Assembly: GCA_047602425.1 (NCBI GenBank)
Contig: JASGHG010000001.1
Span: forward strand, 96,001-160,000
Length of the DNA stretch: 64,000 nt
Direction: 5' to 3'
Source: Nibricoccus sp.
GTDB taxonomy: Bacteria; Verrucomicrobiota; Verrucomicrobiia; Opitutales; Opitutaceae
Under the pieces are notes generated by a model. It did not search any database and was not told the origin of the DNA. It saw only the letters and a program-made list of their open reading frames with translations. Shown here in pieces: positions 10,506-21,700 of the stretch (positions are counted from its first letter, which is position 1; every line of letters begins with the position of its first letter). The position numbers were made by a program, and so were the translations under genes.

Positions 10506-11684
10506 TTACGCTTTTGCGGCATCACTCGGACGACGCCGATGCAACGAATCGGCACGAAAGGCCTTAGGTGTGAGCCCCGTTTCGGCATGAAATGCCTCGA
10601 TCAGCCTCGACGGCGCGGGATAACCACACTGAGCCGCGATGGCCTTCAGAGGCAAATCCGTTGCCCTCAAAAGCTGCCTCGCCCGCGTGATGCGTACTCG
10701 TCGAATTTCCTGCAACGGTGTCCGATTCAGGAAACGTCGGAATCGCCGTTCCAACGATGCCCGCGAAATCTGCGCCAGCTTCGCCAGGTCATCGATTGCA
10801 AGCGGCCGGTCGATCGATTCATTGATCGCTGTGATGAGTTTCGAAAGAATTGGATCTTCCAGCGCAAGCGTTCGGGTCGAACCACGCGCCAGTACACCCA
10901 GCGGCGCTACGAACACCAGATTGCGAGCAAGCCCATTCCTCAACAACATGCGATGCAGCATTCCCGCCGCCTTGTAGCCGATTTCATCGGTGTTAAGGCT
11001 TACGCTCGATAGACCGGGCCAGACCAAACGCGATAAAGGATCCTCATTATCCACTCCCAATACCGCGACATCGTCCGGCACTCTTAGTCCTGTCTGCCGG
11101 ATCGTCTCGAGCACGAAGCGTCCGCAAATATCGTTGCAGGCCATGAGCGCGAAAGGCTTCGCGCATTTTCGTAACCACTTCGCCAGGGCTTTTTGATCGC
11201 GCATGCCAGGCACTTTACCCAGCGGCTGAAAGACAGCGCACGCCTCCCCCGCTTCCACCACCGCTTTGCGAAAAGCCTCCGCGCGCACTCGCACGTAGTC
11301 GCCTTCCGCCAGACCAACAAATCCGTACGTCGTTGCGCCCCGTTCCATCAAGTGTTCCGCGCCAAGACGTCCGACAGCCGCATCGTCGCTCTGCACGCAG
11401 GCGGGATTTTCAATTGCGGCCGGTTTGCACACATAAACCGTTGAAACATCCATTGCCTGTACCCTCGGCAGCAGTTTTTTCTCGTTCAACATTACCACAA
11501 GCCCGTCGGGACGCCATTCGGCCATTGTCGCGATACCGGCGCGATGCGGCTCAACCACACGGAAGAGACAATAGGGATGATCCTCAGCGAAATCCGCCAC
11601 TCCGCGCAATACGCCGCGCCCGTATTCGGTGTCGGCTGAGAGCAAGAGTCCGATTTTAAAATTTCGCGGCGGATTTTTCGGCAT
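10506..11684 (-). CDS. XylR-type transcriptional regulator (periplasmic-binding-like domain plus AraC HTH)
   Basis: YGRGVLRG, ACND, VPDDVAVLGVDN, LSSV, C-terminal LERRF...TP...I...RI..A..LL and IAAQCGY; upstream of the GH cluster. Confidence 0.9.
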   Translation of the reverse strand: MPKNPPRNFKIGLLLSADTEYGRGVLRGVADFAEDHPYCLFRVVEPHRAGIATMAEWRPDGLVVMLNEKKLLPRVQAMDVSTVYVCKPAAIENPACVQSDDAAVGRLGAEHLMERGATTYGFVGLAEGDYVRVRAEAFRKAVVEAGEACAVFQPLGKVPGMRDQKALAKWLRKCAKPFALMACNDICGRFVLETIRQTGLRVPDDVAVLGVDNEDPLSRLVWPGLSSVSLNTDEIGYKAAGMLHRMLLRNGLARNLVFVAPLGVLARGSTRTLALEDPILSKLITAINESIDRPLAIDDLAKLAQISRASLERRFRRFLNRTPLQEIRRVRITRARQLLRATDLPLKAIAAQCGYPAPSRLIEAFHAETGLTPKAFRADSLHRRRPSDAAKA

Positions 11685-11771
11685 GATGGCTTTCCGCCAA
11701 AGCTATCTCGAATGGCGAAAATGCCACAAGAACACGTGCAATCAAACAGTCCGCCAAATCCGGTGACAGGG

Positions 11772-13730
11772 TTATCGTTTCTGTTCGTTGGTGGTATCGC
11801 CCCGCTGTCGGTGCCGCGCGACGTTGCCTTCGATCCTGGTCATCATCTCTTTCATAATCGCCTCGCGTTCTCGAAATAAACTCCAGACGTCGCCGGGCCG
11901 GTGCGCGCAAACAGGACTATTCAACGCCGCGATCAGCCGAAAACGATCTTTCGGACTCGGATGCGTGTCGTCCTCCGTCGTTTCTCGGTTGATAGATTTT
12001 TCGTACTCCGTTTCGAGTGCCTTGTCGTTTTCAATTTTAAACTCGTACAGGTTCGCCAGCGGTCGCTTTGCCTCGATGCCGGCCGTCACCTCGATGTCAG
12101 CGTTCCGATGAAACTCGATGCTGCGACGCACCACATGCCGCAAGCCGCCTTCGAATGCGGGCGCGCCGTAACACTGCGCCGCCACTCGGTCGGCCAAAAC
12201 TTCCTGCAGCCGTGTCGCTCCGTGGCTGATCCGTCGAAAAATGAAATTATATAGCCGAAGGAAATGAAAGGCCACGTTGTAGTAGGTCGCCTGCCCCGCC
12301 TCGTACATCGCGTAATAAAATTTCATGATGTCGTTCTGAACTCGCAATGCGATGTCGCCCCCGGCCGTGTCGCGATTTGAAAAATGGCCATACTCGTGGG
12401 CAAGCACCGCGCGAAAGTCATCGATTTTGAAATCCTTCAATACTCCCACGCCCAAAATTAAAATGCGCGTCGCCTTGTTCTGCAATTTCTCGCGCCAGCT
12501 GCCGCGCTCGTAAACCGCCAGTTCCGTGCCCGTGGTAATACGTATCTCGTCAATTGGCCTTGTATTCACGGCCTGCGCCACTTCCTCGGTCAAATTCCAG
12601 AGCTCTTCAGCCTCTTCGCGTTTCAATTCACGGCCGGGGTCTTCCGATTTTACCCGGACAAAAAGCGATTTGATCAGCGAATAGATTGTCGCGATTCCTC
12701 CGATGCCAAGAATCAGCGCCAATTTGATTGGAATGCGTCCAATGCAGAGGAATCCATAGAAAATCGCCACCACAATCCCGACCACCAACACCACCACGAT
12801 CGGCAGAGAAATATAATAATATACGCCGGCTATATTGATTACCGCCCGGTAAATTTGCCGCAGCCGGTGCTCGCCCGGATTGACGGTGAATCGCAAATTC
12901 GCCCGCTCCGCCTGTCGGAGCGTCAGCTTCGAAAGCATAAAGCCAGTCGCAAACAACACAACCAATCCGACGACCCAAAGTCCGATGGTCATGCCGGTGC
13001 GATAGGCAAGCCGCCAGCCCGATGCCCGCGAATGAATGCCCGAATCGAGAAACCGTTGCGCGTTTTCGTGCGGCAAACCCAGTTTCTCCGCCTTTAACAT
13101 TTCGTCCTCCGCCCGCATCCAGTGTTCATCGAACGCAGCCACAACAGCGGCGAAATAGTGCGTCACCATTTCCTTCGGATATTTTGTCTCCAGCTCCGTC
13201 ACAAACGTCCGGAATTCCGTCGCGGCATTGAGCTGCAATGCCATTTGCGCGGCCATGCTGAGCGTGTCGCAATCGTCGCCACCCGGCATGGACAAACATT
13301 CCTTGATCAATTCCAGCGCTCGTCGTTGCATCGCGGTGTCGTTCCTTTTCTCACCCGCCGCGGATAAATTATAAGCGTACGAGCCGAGATTCTCCGACGA
13401 ACGCCTGATCGCGATCGCTTGCTCGCCACAGCTGAGTCCTTCATCGATTTTTCCCGATTGCACAAGCGCGGCGCCAAGGCGTCTCAGCGCGACATCAAAA
13501 TCCGGCACCTTGGTGCAAACTTCCTGAAAAAGTCGCACCGCTTCAGCCATATCACCTTTGTCCAAAGCCACCGTCGCCCCGCGAAACACGGGCAGGACTG
13601 ACGGTTCCCGTGCCTCCAGTTGTTTTTCGTAGTCTTTCTCACGGACCATATCGCGGCCACGCGCGGCCATTTCGATTGTGGCTAGCAAGAAGCTCAAACC
13701 AGCCGTTAGGAGTAGCATCCCTCTCTTCAT
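11772..13730 (-). CDS. M48 family zinc metallopeptidase with N-terminal TPR region
   Basis: Signal peptide, TPR-like helices, TM segments, AVLAHEYGH (HExxH), EVLADRVA, THPSPKDR. Confidence 0.85.
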   Translation of the reverse strand: MKRGMLLLTAGLSFLLATIEMAARGRDMVREKDYEKQLEAREPSVLPVFRGATVALDKGDMAEAVRLFQEVCTKVPDFDVALRRLGAALVQSGKIDEGLSCGEQAIAIRRSSENLGSYAYNLSAAGEKRNDTAMQRRALELIKECLSMPGGDDCDTLSMAAQMALQLNAATEFRTFVTELETKYPKEMVTHYFAAVVAAFDEHWMRAEDEMLKAEKLGLPHENAQRFLDSGIHSRASGWRLAYRTGMTIGLWVVGLVVLFATGFMLSKLTLRQAERANLRFTVNPGEHRLRQIYRAVINIAGVYYYISLPIVVVLVVGIVVAIFYGFLCIGRIPIKLALILGIGGIATIYSLIKSLFVRVKSEDPGRELKREEAEELWNLTEEVAQAVNTRPIDEIRITTGTELAVYERGSWREKLQNKATRILILGVGVLKDFKIDDFRAVLAHEYGHFSNRDTAGGDIALRVQNDIMKFYYAMYEAGQATYYNVAFHFLRLYNFIFRRISHGATRLQEVLADRVAAQCYGAPAFEGGLRHVVRRSIEFHRNADIEVTAGIEAKRPLANLYEFKIENDKALETEYEKSINRETTEDDTHPSPKDRFRLIAALNSPVCAHRPGDVWSLFREREAIMKEMMTRIEGNVARHRQRGDTTNEQKR

Positions 13731-13824
13731 GTTTTGGGGTTGAATCTGGACCGCTCATTGAGCCGAACGGATTGCCTGAGGCAATCCGAAACCGTCTGGG
13801 GCTTCCCCAACGCACCGCCTGTTT

Positions 13825-14151
13825 TCAGCCCACCAGGTAAAAATACGCTTCGTTCTTTAAAACCACTGGCATGAGCCAAAACTTCAGGCCTCCCTTTTCA
13901 TAGAGCGGATCGTACGTCGGCAGCTCTCCGGTGAAGATTTCCGATGGTTCCCAAGCCAAAGGCCGTTCCGAGAACGCCTGGGAAATCACAGCTTGGGCGG
14001 TACTGATCGCAAAAACGCGGGCCGCTGGTTCGTCCGGCACGCCAAAAGTCTGCATCACACGAGCAGGGTCAACTTGAACGAGGTAATTCACCCGCTCGGA
14101 ACGATCCTTGGAATCCAGTAATTTCGCCTGGATCAACTGCAGTGGTTCCAT
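13825..14151 (-). CDS. Hypothetical protein (~108 aa)
   Basis: Fills the gap between co-oriented genes; protein-like composition from MEPLQLIQ; start uncertain. Confidence 0.5.
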   Translation of the reverse strand: MEPLQLIQAKLLDSKDRSERVNYLVQVDPARVMQTFGVPDEPAARVFAISTAQAVISQAFSERPLAWEPSEIFTGELPTYDPLYEKGGLKFWLMPVVLKNEAYFYLVG

Positions 14152-14307
14152 GCCCACATTCCACCACCAAAACGCCTCTCCCGCAAGGCCGCATAAGCGG
14201 GGTGTATTCCTCAGGCTGGAACGGAAGATTTTGAAACAAAAACGCCCGCCGCTACCCGGCATTTCCACCATCGCCGCATCGAAGCGACGGTGGACGAGCG
14301 TGGGCGT

Positions 14308-17300
14308 TTACTTTAGAGCCAATATGGCATCCGCAGAAGTAATGTTTCCCGCTACATTGGTTACCACAACGGCGTAAGTTCCGATAGTCGACGAACTCGC
14401 CACGATGGAATAGCTTGCCGCGGTAGCGCCCGCAACCGGTATGCCATTTAGCATCCACTGGTAGGTCAGTGGCGCCGTTCCTGTGGCAACGACTCTGAAT
14501 GTTACGGTTGTGCCAGCCGTGACAGTCTTATTCACAGGCTGAGTGGTGATGACAGGAGGAACGTTAACTTTTAATACCGCGGTCGCTGACGTAACGCTCC
14601 CCGCGGGATTGGTCACCACAACTGTATAGTTTCCAGCGTCAGCGGTCTGTGCAGATGGAACTATGTAGCTGGATGAGGTGGCTCCAGCAATTGCGACGCT
14701 ATTTCGCCGCCACTGATAAGTAAACGGAGCCGTACCGGTGGCTTCCACACTGAATGTCGCCGTAGAACCAACTGTAATCGACAGACTGGCTGGTGGCGAC
14801 GTGATCACGACGGGATTATTGACCGTCAATATTGCGCCAGCCGAGGTCGCATTGCCGACCATATTGGAAACCACCACTGAATAGACACCTGCATTCGCTG
14901 ATTGAGCTGCTGTAATCGTGCAGGTGGCCGCATTCGCTCCGGAGATTGCTACGCCGTTGAAATACCACTGATAAGCCAGCGTCGTAGAACCACTGGCAAC
15001 AACCCTGAAGCTCGCATTTTTCCCGGCGGTAACGGTCGCATTAATAGGTTGTGTCGTGATGGAAGGCGGAATCTTCACGGAGAGAGTCGCCGCGCTCGAA
15101 GTCATCGAGCCGGCCGGATTGGAAACCACCACACTGTAGGAACCCGCATCCGTCGTTTGGGCGGACGGAATGGTAAAGGTTGCATCCGTCGCTCCTGCGA
15201 TCGGGGTACTGCCTTTTCGCCATTGGTAGGTGAACGGTCTTGTTCCGACCGCACCTACGCTAAAGGTCGCCGGTGCACCCACCGCCACCGTTTGGCTTAC
15301 AGGCGGCATGTTGACGAACGGAGAACCGATGCCGACAGATATGGTAAACGAACCAGTCGCCCTGTTACCTGCCGCATCTGTTGCGTTAAGTGTGACTGTG
15401 GTAAGACCCAATGGGAAAAGACTGCCTGATGGCATCGAGGCCACGACGGTAACGTCGCCATCCACCAAATCGCTCGCTGCGGTGCTGTAGGTCACCGCTG
15501 TGCCACTTTGGTCTGTTCCATTTAGTGCGATATTTGCCGGCACTACGAGCACCGGCGCGGTCGTGTCGCGAACCGTGATGTTGAACGAGCCCGTCGCGCT
15601 GTTGCCTGCGGCATCTGTCGCAGTGAGTGTGACGAGCGTTGTCCCGAGCGGGAAGGTGCTGCCCGAGGCATGACTCAAGGCCACAGCAATCGGGCCATCG
15701 ACTAAGTCGCTTGCAGTCGCGCTGAAGGTGGCAGTGGCCCCGGATGCGCTGGTGGCTTCAAGTGTCTGGTTTGCCGGTACCGTTATGGTTGGTGCAACAA
15801 TATCGACGACGGTAATTTTAAAACTTCCTGTCACCACATTACCCGCAACGTCGACCGCGGTGACCGTGACGGTGGTTTGCCCAACCGGAAAGATGCTGCC
15901 AGGGGCAGCGCTATAGCTGACGCCAAGAGCGCCGTTTATCGCATCGACAGCCTGGGCCGAAAAAGTCACGGCCGCACCTGCGGGCCCGGTTGCCTCTGCA
16001 GTGATGTCAGCCGGAAGCGTGAGTACCGGGGCAACGGTATCGACTACCTTCACGATCAAAGTCGCCGTGCTGGTATTGCCAGCACCATCGGTTGCCGAGG
16101 CGGTGACGATGGTTTCGCCCAGTGGGAAGTTGATGTTGGTTGCCGGACTGAAGGTGACTGGTACGTTGCCGCTCACAACATCGGTTGCAGTCCCGATGAG
16201 CGCAACGGACGCACCCGCATTGGTCGTGGCCTCGGCCGTAAGCGTCTCGGGCACAGTGATAACCGGAGCGGTTGTGTCCTGCACGTTCACGGTGAACGTA
16301 TTCGTGGCGGTGTTACCCGCTGCATCGGTTGCCGTTAGAGTGACGGCCGTTGCCCCTAACGGGAAGATGCTGCCTGAAGCAGGCATCGATGAAACCGCGA
16401 CGACGCCATCGGCCAAATCGATTGCTGTAGGTGCAAATGTTACAATCGCGCCTTCGGCACTGGTGGCTTCGACCGTGATCGTCGCCGGCACGGTGATAAC
16501 AGGCGCCGCAGTGTCGAGTACCCGAATGGTACCGATCGCAACGTTGGATCGATCCATGCCATCGAAGACACTCCAGGAGAACTCGAAGTTGCCCGGTCTC
16601 TCAGGAAGATAGATCAACTTGTCGATTTCCGTTCGCGGCACTTCGGAACCAGCCACAATCGGCGATGACTGCTGATGTGTGAGCACGGTCAGTATGGACC
16701 GGGTTTGAGAGCCATCGTAGTATGTCCGAAGCGAAAGCAACTCACCTGAGGGATTGTCAGGAGTCCCCAATACCACCATGGCATCGGAGGGCGCGGGGAA
16801 GATATTCCATGCCCGCTCGGTCGGAACGCCAATCGTCTCATACCAACGGGTGGAATCCCCAACCGATGGATAGTTAACAAGCAGATCCTTGTCCCCATCG
16901 CCATCGATATCATGCACTGCCGTCAGATACACTTGGCCGATCCCGGAATCTCGTGGAGTTACCCGATGGTGCACGAAGCCACCACCTGCAACCTGCTCTT
17001 CCCAACCGACGCTGTTACCCCAGTTGGAGTCCGCAAAATTAACTGCGAAATCCAGATCGCCATCCCCATCTAGATCGGCGGGAATCATGCTGCCCATATA
17101 CAGCATCCCGCTGGCATAGGGTATGGCATAGTTCCGTCGCGTAAAGGTTCCTCCTGAATTGCTCCAGACCGACCATACCCCTCCAGTTTCGCTCGAAACC
17201 AAATCGCTGTCTCCATCGCCATCCACATCGCAAACGGCCCGTAAGACTACACTGGTACCACCAACCGTACGACGGGTGAAGGTCGGGGCGGCGCCACCGT

Positions 17301-20300
17301 CGTTGACGTAGATTTGAAGGGTCCCGGACGAAGAGGTAACGATATCAAGGTTTCCATCTCCGTCGATGTCGGCGCTCTGGCACCCAAAACCAAGACTTGC
17401 GAACGGAATGCTTTCGATCACCACCCGGGTAAACACTCGCGGCGAGCCCCCGTCATTGCGCCACCACACGACGTTGCTGGTGGTTCCGGGCTCAAGTCCG
17501 GCGAAATCAAGATCGCCGTCTTTGTCGAAGTCTCCGACGACTACGCTCATCAGTCGACTGGTTGCGATGCTTCGGGTAATGAAGTTCGCTCCCCCTGTGT
17601 TTTCATACCATGCGAGATAGTTGTCGTTATTATGTCCGATCACGACATCAGAATCTCCATCTCCGTCGAAGTCTCCGATCACCATCGATGCGGCTCCTTG
17701 GTACAAGCTTTTCGTGCTCGCTGTGAAACGGGGCAACATCGATACGATCGATCCCGCTACTGGCACACTCTCGAAGCGAAGGGATTGAAATGGCATTTCA
17801 TCGACACAATGGGTGTCGAAATTTTCTTTCGTGAGAGGCAGCGGATCGCCGTTCGTTACCAACGAAAAGCCGGTGACAACGGGTGCGTCGTTTACCGGCA
17901 TTAAGTCAACCGTAAGGAAAATCTCGGCCTTGAGTCCCTGCGGGTCCTCTGCCGTGACCACGCATTGGCAATAACCATAGAGATTCGGCGCGCCCACCAA
18001 CGTCAACAGACCGGTCTGGTTGTCGATCGTAGCGCTCGTAAACAATTCAGGTTTGTCCGTCGAAAAATAATAGCGCAAACCCGCATCAGGGGTTTCTGCA
18101 TCGTCGAAATTCTGAAACAGATTGAAGACGATGGGCGCGCCATCCTCGTAGCCAGACATCATTTGATAACTCCCATTGGGGGTGGCTGGAGCCGCGTTTA
18201 CTGGCGGAGGAGCGAAGACAGTGACCACAGCAGTCGCTGTGTTTGATTGGGCGTAGTTGCCACCGGCTTGGGCGTGAACCGAGACGCTGAATGTTCCTGC
18301 TGAATTGAAGGTGACAGACTGCGTGGCTCCTGTGCCGCTAGCACTGCCGCCCCAAACGTAATTCGTGATACCACCGCTCGCCGTGAAAGTGACTGACTCG
18401 CCAAGGTTGGTAGTTACAGCCGTCGGCGTGACCGCCACCATCGGCTGGTTTGCTGCAACGACGTCAAAGGTGCGTGCGACATTGGGCGCGGCGGTGTAGA
18501 TATCATCACCTGCCTGCACAGCGGTGATGGTCACGGAGCCGATACCGGTGAACGTAGCCACGCCGTTGGCGATAGTGACTGGGCCGGAGGTAGGCACAAA
18601 TGTAACTGGCAGGCCCGAGCTCGCGGTCGCGTTAAGGGTCAACGGAGCTCCGTAGATTTGCTGACCTGGATCGTCGAACGTGATTGTTTGGTTCTGCTTG
18701 TTGTTTGTGGTGCTGTGCATCTCCAGCTGCACATTTCCGGCTGTCACCGTCACTGTGCTGGTTATTCCGACTGAAGGACCGTGCTTGAAAAAGACTTGAG
18801 CCGTGCCGTCTTGGTCAGCGCGAACCGTTAGATTCTGGAGCAGGTCCCCTGTGATCGATGCAGCCAGACTGCCTTCACCGGAGGTCACGGCAAATGAGAC
18901 AGGGGCGTGCGCCAAGGGAGCCGTTGGCGTGACATTCCAAACTGCCACATCCAGCGGAAGCGAATTGAAGGTATTGGGTGCAGCCGACTGGTTGTCGCCG
19001 CCCACAATTGAAAGCGACGGCGTAATGTTGTTGTAGAAATCATTGGGATGCGCGTCTACGAAATCAGTCAAAAGGTCGCCGTCGCCATCCGCTAACGTGG
19101 GATTGGTGCCTAAAACGAACTCCTGAATATCGGTAAGCCCGTCGCCATCGGCATCCGCATTGCCGCTGTGGCCTAAATCGCCGAAATATTGAAGCTCCCA
19201 GACATCATCCATGCCATCTTGATCGGCATCAATTGCCGAAGCAGTGAGACGGATTGCAGCGCGGGTAGGCCGCCAGGAAGCGAACGCCAGTTGCCCATTG
19301 GTGTCATCTCCCCAACCCCGCAGGGTCCCATCGTTTTTGAGTGCGACCGCGCATCGGTCACCGGCAGCAATCTGCGCGATGCCGCCAAGCCCGATTATCT
19401 GCACCGCCGTTTTTTGGTTAACGTAAGTTCCGTCACCTAATTGGCCGTAGATATTGTAGCCGCAGCTCCAGACCGCCCCATCATCTTTCAATGCTATTGT
19501 ATACGACGTTCCACCCTTGATGGAAATGATTCCGCTTAGTCCAACCATTTGTATCGGTTTGAGCCGGGTGTTAGTCGTGCTATCGCCTAGCTGGCCACTG
19601 CTATTGGATCCCCAAGCCCACGCGCTCCCATCGCTCTTGAGCGCAATCGAATGGTTGTTGCCTGCTGATATCGATACGACATCACTCAGTTCGGTTACTT
19701 GTACCGGAGCATAGCCGGTGGTTGTCGTATTGGAGCCGAGTTGGCCATACGAATTGTCGCCCCAAGCCCACACGGTGCCGTCGTTTTTCAATGCTAAAGT
19801 ATGAGCGTAGCCTGCTGCCACCGCCACGATCCCATTCAATCCGCTCGCGGAGATTGGAATATTGCGGTTGGTGTTGGTATAATCGCCTAACTGGCCGCTG
19901 GTGTTGAGGCCCCATGTCCACACGGTGCCGTCGCCTTTCAGCGCCACATTGTGACCAAAACCTGACGATATCGCCGCTACATCCTTCAATCCCATGACCG
20001 GTGCCGCGCTTTGCCGGGCGAACACTGTTGTACCGTCACCTAACTGCCCATAGTTGTTATAACCCCAAGCCCAAACTGTGCCGTCGCTTTTTAGTGCCAC
20101 CGAGTGGCTGTTTCCTGCCGATGCTGCCGTAACGTTGTTCAGTCCGAGTACCGAGACCGGGACCGTGCTGTTTACGGATGAATTGTTCCCCAACACACCA
20201 CCGGCATTATAACCCCAAGCCCACAAACTGCCGTCATTCCGCAGGGCCAACATGTGCCTGTAGCCAGTCGCAACGGCTGTCACACTTTGCAATCCACTTA

Positions 20301-21453
20301 CAGCGACTGCCGTGTTCCTGTAGGTCGTTGTACCATCACCCAATTGACCACGAATGTTGCTACCCCACGAAGATACAGTGCCGTCGTTTATGAGGGCCAC
20401 TCCGTACTCTCCGTTTGCAGAAATCGCAACGGCACCCGTTATGCTGTTTACCTGCGCGATCGTCGACGTGACACTACCACCAGTATTTCCATTCCCCAAC
20501 TGACCATACGTATTGCTACCACAGGCCCATACCGTGCCGTCGTTTTTCAAAACCATCGTGTGGTCCATTCCTGCTGCCAGCGCGACCGCGCCATTCATTC
20601 CAGTCATCGTCACTGGCGTTGATTGATTCGTCCATGTGCCATTCCCTAACTTACCACCCGAATTAGAACCCCAGCCCAGCACAGTACCGTCGTTTTTCAG
20701 TGCTAATGAGTGATAGGAACCTGTTGCTATCGCTACGACTCCACTCAAACCACTGACCGATGTTGCAGTGGTTCGCTGCGTCAAAGAGCCGTCGCCGACC
20801 TCACCGTAAAGATTTCGTCCACATGCCCACACCGTACCGTCATTTTTTAGAACGACCGTGTGGCTGTTTCCCGCAACCACACCAACAACGTTATTCAACC
20901 CGCTCATTTGCACAGCGGTCGTGCGTTGTGTAGTCGTCCCATCTCCCAATTGGCCGAAGGCGTTGTCTCCCCACGCCCAAACCGTACCATCATCCTTGAG
21001 CGACACCGTGTAAGAATGCCCGGCGTCCACCGCGACAATGCCGTTGAGTCCCGCAATTTGTATCGGTGTTGTGCGTGAGACCGTGGTTCCGTTGCCCAAC
21101 TGGCCGTTGCCGTTTCCTCCCCATGTCCAGACAGTGCCATCACTTTTCAGCGCAACTGAGTGATAATAACCCGCTGAGACTGCCACGATATCTGTAAGCC
21201 CGCTCACCTGCACTGCCGTGGTACGCGAGGTTGTCGTGCCATCTCCCAGTTGACCATAAGCGTTTTCGCCCCACGTCCAAACCGTGCCATCACTCTTTAA
21301 AGTGACTACATGATTGTAACCCGCCGCAATCGCGCCGGTAACTGGAGTCGTTGGTGTATCGAGCGCAAATAAGCTCGAATTTGCCAATACAGCGAAGCCA
21401 ATCGCGTGCACGAGAACCTTAACCAGTAAACGCAGAAGTTTCATGGAATTCAT
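14308..21453 (-). CDS. Very large secreted protein: 14 RCC1 repeats, Asp-rich Ca-binding repeats, FG-GAP/VCBS repeats, 5 HYR and 4 Ig-like domains
   Basis: 14 DGTVWxWGxNxxGQLG-type repeats; DADGDGLTD; [10 protein letters not shown] repeats; 5 DTxAPVITVP...GSxFPLGxTxVT repeats; 4 PxIxxQP...YQW Ig repeats; signal peptide from MNSMKLL. Confidence 0.9.
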   Translation of the reverse strand: MNSMKLLRLLVKVLVHAIGFAVLANSSLFALDTPTTPVTGAIAAGYNHVVTLKSDGTVWTWGENAYGQLGDGTTTSRTTAVQVSGLTDIVAVSAGYYHSVALKSDGTVWTWGGNGNGQLGNGTTVSRTTPIQIAGLNGIVAVDAGHSYTVSLKDDGTVWAWGDNAFGQLGDGTTTQRTTAVQMSGLNNVVGVVAGNSHTVVLKNDGTVWACGRNLYGEVGDGSLTQRTTATSVSGLSGVVAIATGSYHSLALKNDGTVLGWGSNSGGKLGNGTWTNQSTPVTMTGMNGAVALAAGMDHTMVLKNDGTVWACGSNTYGQLGNGNTGGSVTSTIAQVNSITGAVAISANGEYGVALINDGTVSSWGSNIRGQLGDGTTTYRNTAVAVSGLQSVTAVATGYRHMLALRNDGSLWAWGYNAGGVLGNNSSVNSTVPVSVLGLNNVTAASAGNSHSVALKSDGTVWAWGYNNYGQLGDGTTVFARQSAAPVMGLKDVAAISSGFGHNVALKGDGTVWTWGLNTSGQLGDYTNTNRNIPISASGLNGIVAVAAGYAHTLALKNDGTVWAWGDNSYGQLGSNTTTTGYAPVQVTELSDVVSISAGNNHSIALKSDGSAWAWGSNSSGQLGDSTTNTRLKPIQMVGLSGIISIKGGTSYTIALKDDGAVWSCGYNIYGQLGDGTYVNQKTAVQIIGLGGIAQIAAGDRCAVALKNDGTLRGWGDDTNGQLAFASWRPTRAAIRLTASAIDADQDGMDDVWELQYFGDLGHSGNADADGDGLTDIQEFVLGTNPTLADGDGDLLTDFVDAHPNDFYNNITPSLSIVGGDNQSAAPNTFNSLPLDVAVWNVTPTAPLAHAPVSFAVTSGEGSLAASITGDLLQNLTVRADQDGTAQVFFKHGPSVGITSTVTVTAGNVQLEMHSTTNNKQNQTITFDDPGQQIYGAPLTLNATASSGLPVTFVPTSGPVTIANGVATFTGIGSVTITAVQAGDDIYTAAPNVARTFDVVAANQPMVAVTPTAVTTNLGESVTFTASGGITNYVWGGSASGTGATQSVTFNSAGTFSVSVHAQAGGNYAQSNTATAVVTVFAPPPVNAAPATPNGSYQMMSGYEDGAPIVFNLFQNFDDAETPDAGLRYYFSTDKPELFTSATIDNQTGLLTLVGAPNLYGYCQCVVTAEDPQGLKAEIFLTVDLMPVNDAPVVTGFSLVTNGDPLPLTKENFDTHCVDEMPFQSLRFESVPVAGSIVSMLPRFTASTKSLYQGAASMVIGDFDGDGDSDVVIGHNNDNYLAWYENTGGANFITRSIATSRLMSVVVGDFDKDGDLDFAGLEPGTTSNVVWWRNDGGSPRVFTRVVIESIPFASLGFGCQSADIDGDGNLDIVTSSSGTLQIYVNDGGAAPTFTRRTVGGTSVVLRAVCDVDGDGDSDLVSSETGGVWSVWSNSGGTFTRRNYAIPYASGMLYMGSMIPADLDGDGDLDFAVNFADSNWGNSVGWEEQVAGGGFVHHRVTPRDSGIGQVYLTAVHDIDGDGDKDLLVNYPSVGDSTRWYETIGVPTERAWNIFPAPSDAMVVLGTPDNPSGELLSLRTYYDGSQTRSILTVLTHQQSSPIVAGSEVPRTEIDKLIYLPERPGNFEFSWSVFDGMDRSNVAIGTIRVLDTAAPVITVPATITVEATSAEGAIVTFAPTAIDLADGVVAVSSMPASGSIFPLGATAVTLTATDAAGNTATNTFTVNVQDTTAPVITVPETLTAEATTNAGASVALIGTATDVVSGNVPVTFSPATNINFPLGETIVTASATDGAGNTSTATLIVKVVDTVAPVLTLPADITAEATGPAGAAVTFSAQAVDAINGALGVSYSAAPGSIFPVGQTTVTVTAVDVAGNVVTGSFKITVVDIVAPTITVPANQTLEATSASGATATFSATASDLVDGPIAVALSHASGSTFPLGTTLVTLTATDAAGNSATGSFNITVRDTTAPVLVVPANIALNGTDQSGTAVTYSTAASDLVDGDVTVVASMPSGSLFPLGLTTVTLNATDAAGNRATGSFTISVGIGSPFVNMPPVSQTVAVGAPATFSVGAVGTRPFTYQWRKGSTPIAGATDATFTIPSAQTTDAGSYSVVVSNPAGSMTSSAATLSVKIPPSITTQPINATVTAGKNASFRVVASGSTTLAYQWYFNGVAISGANAATCTITAAQSANAGVYSVVVSNMVGNATSAGAILTVNNPVVITSPPASLSITVGSTATFSVEATGTAPFTYQWRRNSVAIAGATSSSYIVPSAQTADAGNYTVVVTNPAGSVTSATAVLKVNVPPVITTQPVNKTVTAGTTVTFRVVATGTAPLTYQWMLNGIPVAGATAASYSIVASSSTIGTYAVVVTNVAGNITSADAILALK

Positions 21454-21700
21454 GTGAAGTAGTGAAGGGGGGACCAATCCAGCCAACCAAGGCAATCGTC
21501 CACAAGAGACAATCAACCATCAATTTGAACCACGTTCTATGTTTTGTCTCTTGGAACTAGATAATGTCGATTCTTTTCGCTCAAATTCCGACTTTGACGA
21601 AAGTATCACGAACGCGTTCAGCGCCGGATCGTGCACCTAATAGGCAGCCAAATTATTTTCCTTTGCCCTTCCCTCGCGGCTACCCTGAACTCTATCGTTC

